Below, piece by piece: positions 1 through 12,400 of a DNA stretch of 64,000 nt. A program made the translations under genes and the position numbers. The first letter of the stretch is position 1. Every line of letters begins with the position of its first letter. The DNA is from Octopus vulgaris (taxonomy: Eukaryota). Under the pieces are notes generated by a model. That model had not been told where the DNA came from, searched no databases, and saw only the letters and a list, made by a program, of their open reading frames with translations. The DNA lies in the NCBI GenBank assembly GCA_951406725.2, contig OX597823.1, forward strand, positions 97,960,001-98,024,000, in the 5' to 3' direction.

Positions 1-154
1 TCCCTGTTGGCATGGGTTCGACATCTCTTAGCTTCTGACACTGTTTCTGTCTTCCAAATTCACTCGCAATGTGTCATGCTGTGTGACAGAACCCAAGACC
101 ACAGGGTTGCAAAGCAGGTTTCTTAACCACACAGTCACGCCTGTGTCTAAATAT

Positions 155-372
155 TAGAAATCTATTTTTTCTACTATAGACACAAGGCCCGAAATTTTGA
201 GGAAGGGGTGGGTCGATTCCATCACCCCTGTGCTCATCTGGTACTTATTCCAATCGTCCTGAAAGGATGAAAGGCAAAGTTGACTTTGATCTAATTTGAA
301 CTCAGAACCTACAAACAAAATGCAAATAAGCATTTTGTCTGGCATACTAATGATTTTGTCAGCTTACTACTT
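155..372 (-). mobile_element. SINE family A, diverged copy
   Basis: Reverse complement of the family core TTCTGAGTTCAAAT...GCCTTTCATCCTTT...AATAAGTACCAG. Confidence 0.7.
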
Positions 373-553
373 TAAATGAAAATAAAACATACATGTTCTC
401 AAAGAATTTTATTCAATTTCAATGTGAATAATTCATTTAACTTGTGTGAGCAGCAAAAATTTATTCATATGACTAAACAATAATGAGTTTTTTTTTCTTC
501 TATTAAGACTATTTAATTTTCAATATAATAGCTCTACTTTTTTTGGTGTACAG

Positions 554-644
554 GTTCTGGGGTTAATTTGCTTTTAATTACACCAGAGAAAGCCATTAAA
601 CTTGTTGGTAATGATTTCTTCAGACATAACCTCAAAACTGACAG
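554..644 (+). CDS. SLC25A22: Mitochondrial glutamate carrier (SLC25A22/18-like), internal coding exon; upstream exons lie outside the window
   Basis: cag|...|gtaagt boundaries. Translates (G)[29 protein letters not shown], matching the GC1 segment [22 protein letters not shown] as I recall it. Phase fits the next exon. Confidence 0.93.
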
Positions 645-1065
645 GTAAGTCTGTGAAAGGTATCACTTTTCTCTTTTCTGTGTTAGCACACTCCTTCTCT
701 CACTCTTTCCTATCTCTGTCTCTCAATTTTTCATTCACACTGTCTCTTTCATCTATCTTTCTCACTCTCACCATTCTCTCTCATGCACCCACTCAGATCA
801 GAAGTACAATCTGTTAACCAGAACTAAATAACACCATTTGCACTAAAATTATCAAGTCTCCTCCAACATTTCACCACCTGTTTGTTCATTGTCTCACTCA
901 TTTTTAACAAACATTTTTTGATAATATAAGTGGTGTCTGATTTGATTGACAGGAAAGGCTCAACAACATCTTGTCTATCAATGTAAAATCAAATATCATC
1001 ATACAAAAACCAAATGTGAATTTCTTAGGGAGCTTTCTTGCATTCTTTTAACATTGTAACATTTA

Positions 1066-1591
1066 CAGGGTGACCCCCAAAAAACAGAACCCACAAATCT
1101 TTGAATAAAACTGTTTGAATAAAATGATACAGAGGGATAGATCGAGATGAACAGTGGTTCCAGAAAGACAGGGCCACCCCCACTCCCGCATCAAATGACT
1201 CCCTAATCGGGCTGAGAGAGCGATTTCAGGAGAGACTGATCAGCAGAAAGTGTGACATTGAGTGGCATCGCATTCACTAGATTTGAACCACCCACATTTT
1301 TATCTGTGAGGGTATCTTAGGGATAATGTTTACCAGAACAACCCTCAAGCGATTGGTGAACTGAAGGCACCAATCACAGCAGAAATCAGGGAAATCCCCA
1401 CAAAGAGGAATGTGTTTGAGTAATTTTGCATGGTGTATGCCATTTGGAGCATATTTTGAAAAGAACATGACTTTTATGCAAAGAGAATGATCTAGACAGA
1501 CCGAAGATTAAGTCCAAATTTGCTGGCCCTTTGTAGGATTTAATAAAATTTTTATGAGCTCTGGAGTTTTTTTGGTGGGGGGGGTCACCTG
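1066..1591 (+). mobile_element. Internally deleted Tc1/mariner-superfamily DNA transposon
   Basis: TA flanks (1064-1065, 1592-1593) and imperfect TIRs CAGGGTGACCCCC / GGGGTCACCTG. Decayed transposase C-terminus (WFQxD-like, RLISRKCDIEW, DLN..FYLxGYL-like). Confidence 0.75.
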
Positions 1592-2190
1592 TAGAAGGCT
1601 TTTGTTTTGTTTTGTTTATTTGCAGAGTATGTATCAGTTAAAATAAGCAATGGTATTTCATTATATGAGATAAACTGAGAAACTCAATTATAGCAAGGTT
1701 CAAAAATTAATTCCAAATTTTTCAAGCTATATCTTTAACTCAAAGTTGACACATTTTTTTTTCTTATCTCCTTTATGAAACACGAGAATTCTCTGCCAAA
1801 CTGAAAACTTTATTTGTTTTCGATTAGGAACAATGTAACTGACTAGTCTCTTCAGAATAAGGATTTAAAGTTAACAAAATTGCTAGATTGTAATTTAGAC
1901 ATAGAAGGCTATATAAATGTTTCCTTGTGCATATGTTGGCTCAAGTTCACAAGTGTGAACATGATAACATCTGTTCACAACAACAAAAGCATTGATATTC
2001 TCCCATACCTAGATTTACACATGCACCTATATATATGGTGCCTACAAGTTCTGTGAAAAAAAGGATTCTGAATTCCCCTACCTATGGGAAAGTCAGAATC
2101 TTTTTTTACAGAATCTGTGGTTAGCATTTAAAATATTCCCTATATTTAGTTCTTTGAAATAATTTTGATAATATTTTGTAAACTTTCCAG

Positions 2191-2309
2191 TGCCAGACTG
2201 CCTTTTCACAGAGAATTATTGGCTGGTGGGGGTGCTGGAATGTGTCAAATTATTGTCACTACACCTATGGAACTGCTTAAGATCCAGCTTCAAGATGCTG
2301 GAAGAAGTG
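2191..2309 (+). CDS. SLC25A22: Mitochondrial glutamate carrier, coding exon
   Basis: ttccag|...|gtatgt. Translates [39 protein letters not shown], containing the carrier signature Px[DE]xx[KR] (PMELLK). Confidence 0.95.
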
Positions 2310-2526
2310 GTATGTATAAGTTTATTTAAATGACTGACACTGTCCAATCTCACTTTTTTCTGTTTTTCTTTTATATTGATATGAAGTCTCAAGAAGAAGA
2401 AGAGATGATTGATCAACAAGAAAGTGTTTTTACCTTTATTTGAAATCCATAGCAGAAAAAACAACATAAAGAAAATATTGGAATCAAAACTGTTTAAAGC
2501 TCCTTTGTCTTTTGGTATCATAATCA

Positions 2527-2753
2527 GCAGCTGGCAGAGATGTTAGCACGTCGGGCGAAATGCATAGCCGTATTTCGTCTGCTGTTACGTTCTGAGTTCA
2601 AATTCCGCCGAGGTCGACTTTGCCTTTCATCCTTTTGGGGTCGATTAAATAAGTACCAGTTATGCACTGGGGTCGATGTAATCGACTTAATCCCTTTGTC
2701 TGTCCTTGTTTGTCCCCTCTCCGTTTAGCTCCTTGTGGGTAGTAAAGAAATAT
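2527..2753 (+). mobile_element. SINE family A, young copy with 12-bp TSD
   Basis: B-box-like GAGTTCAAATTCC and core GCCTTTCATCCTTTTGGGGTCGATTAAATAAGTACC. TSD GTATCATAATCA at 2515-2526 and 2754-2765. Confidence 0.85.
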
Positions 2754-2765
2754 GTATCATAATCA

Positions 2766-3660
2766 TCGTCTTTGTTTTATGTCTCCTTTTCCATGTTTGC
2801 TGAGTTGGATGAGTATTCCACAGCACTATATCTCACCATTTATTGCAGTGATTTATCATTTGTTTTGTAAGCTTCATCCTTCTTCAATCAGCCTTCACCA
2901 CTTCTTCCCTTGTTCTTCTTGATTTTCCCCTTTTGCTGATCCCTTCCATTCGGATAACTTGGCACCTTCCTTCATACAGAGCAGTACATGTCTCTACCTG
3001 TCCAGTTGTCTCGTTTATGCGCTACACCTGATTCTTCTACTCTAAACTCATTTCTGATCCATTATTAATGTTGCATAGCTTTACATGCACCAAAGTATAT
3101 TTGCTTTATTTCTTTCCAACTTACATCCTTTGAAGTCAACACCCAAGTTTTGCTACCATACAACATTTCAGTCTGTACTTAAGCACACCATACAATCTGC
3201 ACTTAACTCGAACAATTCCTTTGTTGCTGGCAGAGGTCATAACTCACTGAACTTTATTCATGCCACTCTTATTCTGATTACTATTCTTTCAAACACACTC
3301 CTCCGCTGCTAATTTGGTTATATAGATAAAAAAAAAAAGTTGTCAATTTCTTCTAGGAAACTCTCCAAGAAGTTGAAAGAACTTATTTCACGGATACTCT
3401 TTCTGCTAAATACTTCAATAGATTTGCTACCTATGAAGTCGTTTTCTGTCAGCTTTCTAGTAATTTCACTGCATCTCTTGTGCAGCTCTTCATTTACAAT
3501 GAGTACACAGCATGGCATTCATATCTACTCCTTTCTACATATTGGACATAACCACTTCCCAGTAGAAGCTTCTTTCTTAGTAACTGTTCACTTAAAGATA
3601 TCTTGATTTTAGGCTTTGCTTCCGCATTTGTAATTTCTTATCTCTAGTTCTTCAACAACT
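2766..3660 (-). mobile_element. Old, degraded RTE LINE 3' fragment
   Basis: Minus-strand remnants STGKWLCPICRKGV and RGKSRRTREEVVKAD, similar to the RTE copies at 35.5-36.8 kb and 47.9-48.6 kb. Confidence 0.65.
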
Positions 3661-3904
3661 TCATCATCATCATTTTATGTCCATTTTCCAAGTTGGTAGG
3701 AATTGAAACAATCATCACACCCTGAACCAGTTCTTATTTAAGGTCCTTGCTCTCCTATTCATGGACAGCCAAACTCAAACTACTCTATTATGAGCTAAAA
3801 GCATCGTTTTAAAATGGTTTTTAAAAGTTGTGAATTTATTATTGAAATTATTTTATTGTAACAAAAATGAAACCCTAATATCTTTTTCATTCCTTGTTTC
3901 ATAG

Positions 3905-4077
3905 GCTCTGCTACCAGTAATGGCACTGTGGTACGTTTATCTGCTACAAAGATAGCTTTAAATCTTCTACGAGAAAAAGGAATCACTGGGCTTTATAAAG
4001 GTTGTGGAGCCACAATGTTAAGGGATGTCACTTTCTCTGCAATTTACTTCCCATTATTTGCTCATCTCAATGCATTG
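3905..4077 (+). CDS. SLC25A22: Mitochondrial glutamate carrier, coding exon
   Basis: atag|...|gtaaga. Translates [58 protein letters not shown]; phases consistent. Confidence 0.94.
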
Positions 4078-4589
4078 GTAAGATTATAGATATTTGTACA
4101 CCATTTTTCCTTTATATCAAGGGCATAATATTTGTTTGCTTTGTATCCTTGACTCCCACCATTTCATACCATGATTCTTACTAGTTGATCTCCTCCCTCC
4201 ACCAAATCGATCCCTCACACTCAGTTTTAACTCTAATTTTCTCACTTTTAATTGAAGGACCAAAAAAAAAAACAACAACAAAATGTTATATTCTACAATC
4301 CTTGTGACAAATAAACTTTAATAATCTCTTAACTTTATTTGGACTGATTTTCCCTAACACTAATCTAACATTGTATCTTTCATTTATTTAATATTGTATT
4401 AATGAAGAGATAGACCAATAAAGCTATATTGTATTACTAAATTCTTTTCTTATAAAACCTATGACTAACATTTGTGTAGCTAAGTAAACTGGTTGTAGAA
4501 GTTTTGGCAGCTAAGTGAACTAGTTGTTAAGATTTTGGTAGTTCACCACTGGTTATAATCTTTAAGAAAATACATTTTCGTTAACACCA

Positions 4590-4955
4590 ACATCAAAATG
4601 AAAATCAAATGGAAATTGTAGTTAAGATACCTGTGCCGGTGACACGTTAAAAGCACCATCCGAACGTGGCAGTTGCCAGCGCCGCCTGACTGGCGTCCAT
4701 GTCGGTGACATGTAAAAGCACCAACCGATCGTGGCCGTTTGCCAGCCTCCTCTGACCCCTGTGCCGGTGGCACGTAGAAAACACCCACTACACTCACGGA
4801 ATGGTTGGCGTTAGGAAGGGCATCCAGCTGTAGAAACACTGCCAGATCAGACTGGAGCCTGGTGCAGCCTCCTGGCTTCCCAGACCCCGGTCAAACCGTC
4901 CAACCCATGCTAGCATGGAAAACGGACGTTAAACGATGATGATCATGATGATGAT
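4590..4955 (+). mobile_element. RTE-type 3' tail element with internal ~60-70 bp tandem units and (GAT)n tail
   Basis: Same sequence as the 3' UTR behind the RTE ORF end at 48569-49157 (AGGAAGGGCATCCAGCTGTAGAAAC...CCCATGCTAGCATGG...AAACGATGATG). Confidence 0.8.
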
Positions 4956-5588
4956 TTTTATTCTTATCTCAGTAAATCTCACTGAAAAGTAGACATCGGT
5001 CATCATATTTCATATTTGTGTGTTTAAGATGGAGTGAGATTTTTAACTTTAAAACAGTTGCTTAACCAGTCGAGCAGAAATCTGTTTTCACCTGGCAGAC
5101 CACCTCTACTAGTACTATTTAACAACCAAACCTCTTGACAACGTCCAACTAGTTCAACCTTCTACCACTACAAAGTCTTCCTTCTGTGTTCTTACCTGAT
5201 CTCCTCCTAGATAATGTAAAGACTATTTAGATATAGCACACTGATATTAACATAATGCAAAGAATGAAAAACTACTCAAACTTACCCATTTGGTCATCGG
5301 GATACCTCAAACATAATTTTTATATATTTTTTCCTGATGACATAAATTGAGTGGATTTGAACTCATAACTTTACTAATGTGTTACTTGTTACCAAGTGAG
5401 ACTTGTACCTATTTTCTTATATATGTTACTAATTTGGATTAAGATACCTTTATCGGTGCTGTAATGTGGTTTATGCTTCATTTTATGCCCTATTAACCAT
5501 TAATTCAACTCTATAACCAACAGTACTCACTTTCAGACATACCATTCCTATATACAATTCTCTGCAATATTTTTTTCCTCTTTTGTAG

Positions 5589-5691
5589 GGTAAAAGACGA
5601 GAAGGCAGTGATCAAGCTGTTTTTTACCATTCCTTTTTCTCTGGATGTGCAGCAGGCTGTATAGCATCGTTTAGTGTCAACCCTTTTGATG
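5589..5691 (+). CDS. SLC25A22: Mitochondrial glutamate carrier, coding exon
   Basis: tgtag|...|gtatgt. Translates GKRREGSDQAVFYHSFFSGCAAGCIASFSVNPFD. Confidence 0.94.
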
Positions 5692-6842
5692 GTATGTATT
5701 CCTTTCACAGTTTATTTTTCGTTTTTATTCCAAGCTAATTAAATGCTACCAGCACCGAACCGTGTTTAGGTGTTTGATTTATACAAGTTGTGCTTCTTAT
5801 TTAATATTTCGTTTTGGGATTTGGTTTGCAAGATTCTTTATATGAGTTCGTGTGTTGAAGCATATTCTGTTATCTGGGGAGAGACATTTTCTTTTTGTGC
5901 CTTATAATGTAACACACCGGTAAAATTCTTAATTAACGTTTCAGTGAAAACCCATATGCTAACTGAGAATTTAATCCATATTCCACCCCATGGACAGACA
6001 GCATTGTATTCTTGACCTCTGTTGGTCAAGATTAACCATGCATCAGATTTATATTATGTAATAAATCTGAGCAAGATTTCTTGAGGAAGGCTGCCATGTT
6101 TCCCCTCCATATTTACCCAAAGGGTACTCTCCCCTTTTCATCTAGATTTATCCAAAGAGTAGTCTCCCTTTTCAGTCTTATATATTAATTCACAGGAAAG
6201 GTTCCAGCTTCGGCCAACACCAGAGTGTCAGTACAGCATTTCTGTTAGAATGCAAAAAATAAACAGAGTAGATACTGTGTAGCATCATGTCCAATTCTCT
6301 AACATTCTCACATATCCATCTTCCCAACTAGAGTCGTATTTTTTTATTGACTCCATCTTCTCCTCAAAAGATAAAAGACAATGTTTACCATGGCTAGATT
6401 TGAAGTCAGAGTAAATACCATGAGGCATTCAAATCTATGCTCTGATAACTCTGCCAATTCACCGCTTTAGCATTGTATAGATGCTTACTAATTGAAAATT
6501 TGATTCAAATTTTCCCTTTTTAGTCCTTGCAGCAAAGACAACTAAAAAAATCAAAACATTTGATATTTTCAATCCCTAGTTTAAGCTTTGTATGTTATTA
6601 TAATATTCTCTACTTTTGGTAACTTGCCAGTTTTGCTACACTTGCCAGTCTCCTTCCTTCCATGCCCATTCAGTTTGTTTTCTTAAGCCTTGCGCCTGAC
6701 TTCAAATATATACATTCTTTTATTGGTGACCATGAAGTATATACACTTTATTGGGCTCCCAGTAAAGGCTGATCAATGTAGAGGATGTATATTCATTAAA
6801 AGGGATTCCTGCAACAATACAAACATGCTAGTTTTGAAATAC

Positions 6843-6849
<7 letters not shown>

Positions 6850-6891
<42 letters not shown>
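6850..6891. repeat. (CT)n microsatellite
   Basis: Direct reading. Confidence 0.95.
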
Positions 6892-6895
<4 letters not shown>

Positions 6896-7146
6896 AAAAT
6901 AAGTTGAAAGTAAACTTTACTGATTTACAGGGTTAACATTATTAGAAGCTAAAAAGGAAACGAAGTCAAGGCCTGATTAATTTATTCATTGAGCATGGAC
7001 AGTGTGCCAGTTAGTATCAGGCAACCCTGCTACTTTCAAATAATTTGAACTATTAAACTTTTATGTAAAATTCAGTTAGAGTGAATCTAAGTTAAACTTT
7101 TATGATAATAGGACATATACAGAAAAGTTTATTTTCATTTTTCTAG

Positions 7147-7222
7147 TGGTGAAAACTCGGTTACAGACATTAAAGAAAGCAGAAGGTGAAAAAGAATATT
7201 CAGGAATCATTGATTGTTTTGG
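7147..7222 (+). CDS. SLC25A22: Mitochondrial glutamate carrier, coding exon
   Basis: tctag|...|gtaagg. Translates VVKTRLQTLKKAEGEKEYSGIIDCF, completing the third carrier signature PFDVVK. Confidence 0.94.
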
Positions 7223-7707
7223 GTAAGGAAATTGTAACTTTTTATTCTAAGAATCAAAATAGCAGTGATGAAAATTAATCTGCTGGATTACTAACGACAG
7301 TCATAATTTCAAACTTTACACTACCCATTGTACTGTGCCTCTCAGCAAGGCACTAAATTCTGCTGTTGTATTCTGTATGCTCTGATTAACAAAGAGATTG
7401 TTTGCTACTTCCTGGTTCACTTTTTAGCTGGAATGGTGCTGCCTTTAATGGTAATATCTGCACCAACAAAACTGTATTCTTCTGACATACAGGTCAAATT
7501 TTTCAGATCAAAATTTGCAGCCAGAAAAAGTAGATTGTACCAAGATGACTTTGAGAGACCAAAAATTCCATGTCAAAATGCAATTGGATTTGGAAAGATA
7601 GTGATGATGTTTGAATATTTAGACGATATGTTTGCATTATATAATACATAAAAGTGCCTTCTATTGTTTAAAAATATCTACTAAATATATTGATATTTCT
7701 GTTTCAG

Positions 7708-7852
7708 GAAAATCATGAAGCACGAAGGTCCAAAAGCTTTTCTGAAAGGAGCCATGTGCCGAATTCTTGTTATTGCTCCTTTGTTTGGTATAGCACAAAC
7801 GGTGTATTATCTAGGAGTGGCAGAACTTTTACTTGGATTAAAGAAACCTTAA
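7708..7852 (+). CDS. SLC25A22: Mitochondrial glutamate carrier, terminal coding exon
   Basis: tttcag| then [47 protein letters not shown] followed by TAA at 7850-7852. Confidence 0.95.
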
Positions 7853-7911
7853 TATTTTTTTTCTAAGCTGGATAACAATACATATCATGGTATGCTATCA
7901 GTGTGATCATA

Positions 7912-7917
7912 AATAAA
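7912..7917 (+). terminator. Candidate proximal polyadenylation signal of the carrier gene
   Basis: AATAAA about 60 nt after the stop. The motif is common in AT-rich DNA, so support is weak. Confidence 0.3.
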
Positions 7918-9003
7918 CATTTATTGTAACTGATATGTTAGTAATATCATCAAGGCATTCACAATTAACATAGAACATTTTAGCAAACTGTCAACAATAA
8001 CAATTAAAAATTTTTTTCATTAACTTGATATGTAAATAACATTAATTTAAAAGTCTCAGGAACTCCTTTGTATTTTATTTTAAACATAATAAGCTTTTAT
8101 TCACTGGAATTAATTTCTATAACACATTTTATTTGGGGGGGTAGATATTTGTCATTACTGTAATGATACTAATTGACTTCCACCTTGAAATCTTTTCGTT
8201 ATTTTTTTTTCTCTATTAACCTCAGTCATTGTTATATGAATGCCAGAGGGGTTCTCCTTTGTATATTCTTGCATATTTATATAATGATTTTAAATTTAAT
8301 ATTTTTGTTTAAAATCAAAATAATTAATTAATGAAATTGTTTGGAAAAAAAATTCTTTAATTTTTCACAAGTTAAGTTCATAAAAAATAATTAAATGGGG
8401 AAAAAGTAATAAGTAAAATGTCTCTTATATTTTCATTGAGCTTTTAAAGAATGGGATTATAAACCAGTTGTAGGCAATAAAAAATGTTATATTATTAAGG
8501 TTTAACAAAATTAAATTACTTATGACTTAGATTTTCACTGAAATCCCAAACTGATGTTTATAGTAATATTGAAAAGTATTTAATACAATGATAATTTATT
8601 TTACCTAAATATAATTTTTTTATTTTCTTATAAAGCTCTGCTTTGTAAGTTAATCACGAAAACTGATGTATATAATTTTGTAAAAAAGTAATCTACATTT
8701 AAAGTAAATTGCTTTGAAAAAAAACTTCCTTATATAGTAAAAAGGGTGAATTGAACTTGCTTTTTGTTCCATCATAGATTTCTAGATGTAAAGTCAATGT
8801 AATGAGTGGGAAATATAAAAGTTAAAGCTGCCAAACTTTGTCTCTGCACTTTAACTTTTGTGTTTCTCTTTTTTTAATCTTCACCAAATATGAAAAAAAA
8901 TTTTTTTTCATTTAAGAGATTCTTGATTACAAATCATTGAAGTTGTGTTGAGAAGTTAACAAAAGATAGATAAATGTAGTCATTAATATTATATATAAAA
9001 CTA

Positions 9004-9220
9004 AGGTGGCAAGCTGGCTGAATCGTTAGCATGCCAGGCAAAATGCTTAGTGACAAACATTTTATGTTCTGAGTTCCAATTCTGCTGAGGTTGACTTCAC
9101 CTTTCATCCTTTCAGCGTCAAAAAATAAGTACCAGTTGAGCACTGGGGTCAATGTAATCGACTTATTTTCTCCCCCACCCCCAAATTAGCACCCTGTGCT
9201 AAAACTTGAAGCCAATATTA
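9004..9220 (+). mobile_element. SINE family A
   Basis: Head AAGGTGGCAAGCTGGCTGAATCGTTAGC plus the family core. Confidence 0.75.
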
Positions 9221-9254
9221 TATAATCTTAGATTTTCACTGACATATTGTAAGA

Positions 9255-9415
9255 AGGGGCCAGTCAAATACCTCAACCCCAGTATTCAACTGGTACTTAT
9301 TTAATTGATCCTGAAAGGCAAAGCTGACCTCAGCAGAATTTGAACTTGGATGGTAAAGCTGAATGAAATACCACTAAGCATTTTGTCCTGCATACTATTC
9401 TGCCTGCCTACCACC
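9255..9415 (-). mobile_element. SINE family A, inverted relative to the copy at 9004
   Basis: ACTGGTACTTATTT...GAAAGGCAAAGCTGACCTCAGCAGAATTTGAACT is the reverse complement of the core. Confidence 0.72.
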
Positions 9416-12400
9416 ATAATAATAATAATAATGATAATAATTTACTTTTCTTTTACTCTCATGAAAATATCTTTGTAAATTAGAAAAATCTTGATTGAGA
9501 GTATTTTGCCTAGAATTTATTTACATGATTCTTGTTTACTTACAAACCATTGAAGCTGTGATAAGAAATTAACCAAAGATAATTTAACACAGATAACATT
9601 TTTCTCTGCAAACCAATGAAGCTGCATCCAGAAATTAACAGTTCCTAAAAATAAACATAGATATAAACAGTTTTGATGAGATTTGTAATTGGCTCTTAAC
9701 GGTGAGGCACCGCTCTTTTTCTGGGAAGAAGCAGTCCTCCTTTTTTTTAATAAGTATGTAAAGGATGATATTCTTCCTGTGAAATAAAGCAGTGGTTGGA
9801 AATATATTATATATATTTCCTCCTTTGTTAGAATGACACTTCTTCAAGGAGAGGTTACTGATGCATCAGTCAGTAAAAAAAAAACTTATTTTTCCTTCTT
9901 GATAAATTTTGAAAATGCAAATATTTTCAGAGGATTGGGATAAATTTGAAAGAAGAAATCCATAGATGAAAAGGGTAAGTTTTGGAGATTATGAAGCGGG
10001 GAAGTTTTGGGAATGTAATTCTTGGAAAGTTTTCTTGATATAAAAATTCAGAGATTGTTTATCATATCAACCTGGGTTAAAATGTCAGAAATCGTTTCTT
10101 GGATTAAGCAACTAATATAACAGTTTCTAATTTTCTTATTACAAATATAGAAGTTGATAACAGAATTTGAAATTGAAACTTGTTTGTTCTAACAGCAGAC
10201 ACATCTTTAGATTTTGAAATGCAAAATGTCTCATTGACAAATTCATTTTTGTTTCTAATGTAAGAAACAGAAAAGGTTTCTAAGCAAAATTAGGCAAAGT
10301 ATGGAAAGCAAAAATATATAAACAAACAATTCTTTTTTGGAATAATATATTTCTGTTATTTATAGCTTTATGTATATGCTCTGAGATATACTGTTCCAAA
10401 AGAGAATTATTTCACATTTTGTTGAAAGTTTATAAAATTCTTATGACGTCAACAATATAAAGAAGTGTATAGAAGTAAATAACTGAATAACTAGAAATAT
10501 GTATGTGTGCATGCATACCTGTATGTATGTAGATACATATGCACACAGATATAAACAAATGGTTTAGAAGATCGTTTCACAATTATGTAGTTCTGGATTT
10601 GATCGTACAACATTGCATCTTAGTTAAGTGTCTTCACCATAACCTAGGGTTGATTGAAACATTTGTGTGAAACTAGGTAGATGGAAACTGTAGAAGTTGG
10701 TCAGTTAAACTGGATTTGTAATTCAAAGGTCCAGCTTTATCAATGTGTCAAATCGATTCTACTTGAGGATTAGATTATGGGAATACCTGTCTTTGGAATG
10801 CTCATCTACTTTGCACACTATTTCTAATTCCATAAGTACATCTTTCAATCGATTAGATAATTGGACACTCGTCATCACCATATCAAAATTGATGAATCAG
10901 TCATATACATTTATATTCACATATACATAGATATGTACACACACACACACACATACTGGAACAGTGGAATCTCAAAGCAAATAAAGCTATGAAAAATAGC
11001 ATGTAAATTCTGGGTTAAAAAACTTCATCATCAACCCCCTCACTTGTTTCCAAGAAGGATGTTTCCTTTGGTCCTTTGAATGAAAACTGCACAATACCTG
11101 GATGTAATTTCATAGAAGATTGCAAACAAACGACACTGCTTGTATGATGGTGAAAATTTTAAAAACTATTGCACAATATCAAGATAAGGAGATACAACCA
11201 CTCGTGCATATATATATATACACACACATGCAATGAGGCTTCTTTCAGTTTCTGTCAACCAAATCCACTCACAAACTCACAACCAGCTCAGGGCTGTAGT
11301 AGAAGGGACATTTGCCCAAGGTGCCACATAGTGGGGTTGAACCTGAAAGCATGTGGTTGGGAAATAGATTAGAAATGTTTCATAGTTTCCACTTAATAAT
11401 GTAGCTGTAATGTCTTCATGTTTGATTATAACCATAGATTTTTGTGTGATTTTCAGTGACAGCCAATCCAGATTACTAATTTTATAAATATTCTTTATCG
11501 TGTAGGTTTTTTTTTTTTATTTAGTGAAGTCTGGCTAGAATTGGTGAAGCTCAATTTCCAATTACTTTCTATTGTCTTTACTATCCACTTTGCATGTGTC
11601 CTTGTTCTGTTTCTGTTGAAACGAGTTCGCAAAATATTATCAAATGTTAAAGACTGGAAGATATTAATTAACATTACAAAAATAATTATATAAATATTTA
11701 TAAAAAATTGAGTTAGATTTTTAAAAAACAGTTATAATTATAGAAATGTGTTATTAAAACTAATTTCTCAAAGGAAAAACATTCAAACTTTTTTAAAATT
11801 GATATGCTTTACCATGACATGGCTTGTATAGTATCCAGTTTTCACCTTAAATTTTGTTATGGTGTTTAGGTATTTCTAGTATGTAGTGACATTTTGAATG
11901 GAAGAATGTTTGTTGTACATAATTCATTTTCAAAAAATAAGAAAATCATAGTAAATGATTGATCAGAATATAACAATTTTTTTCCAGTTTTCATTTGTTC
12001 AAAATACTATGTCGTTTATGACTTTAATGCATGTGTTTCAAAAATGTAATTTCTTTTTCAACATGTTTATTGTATTTTCTTTTCCTGCTTTTCATATTAG
12101 ATTTTGACAACTGACACTGGTTCTAGTATATATGTTCTTAAAATCTTGCCATATCAGCATTAGAACTATTTATAGAGATATTTGTTGGAATTTGAAATTA
12201 CAATCTGGTCGATAATTCGTGCTCAATTTTCAAATATTTCCAACAAATGAGAAAAAAAATGATCCATCCTGATTAATTTGATATTAGTTGTGAATTATGT
12301 CCCTTCAATACTCATTTCACCCTGTTATGATGGTATACTTTTAAGTGTATTTACAAAGTATTCATTTGATTTTTTTTTTTAATCGTTTTATAGGAATTAT

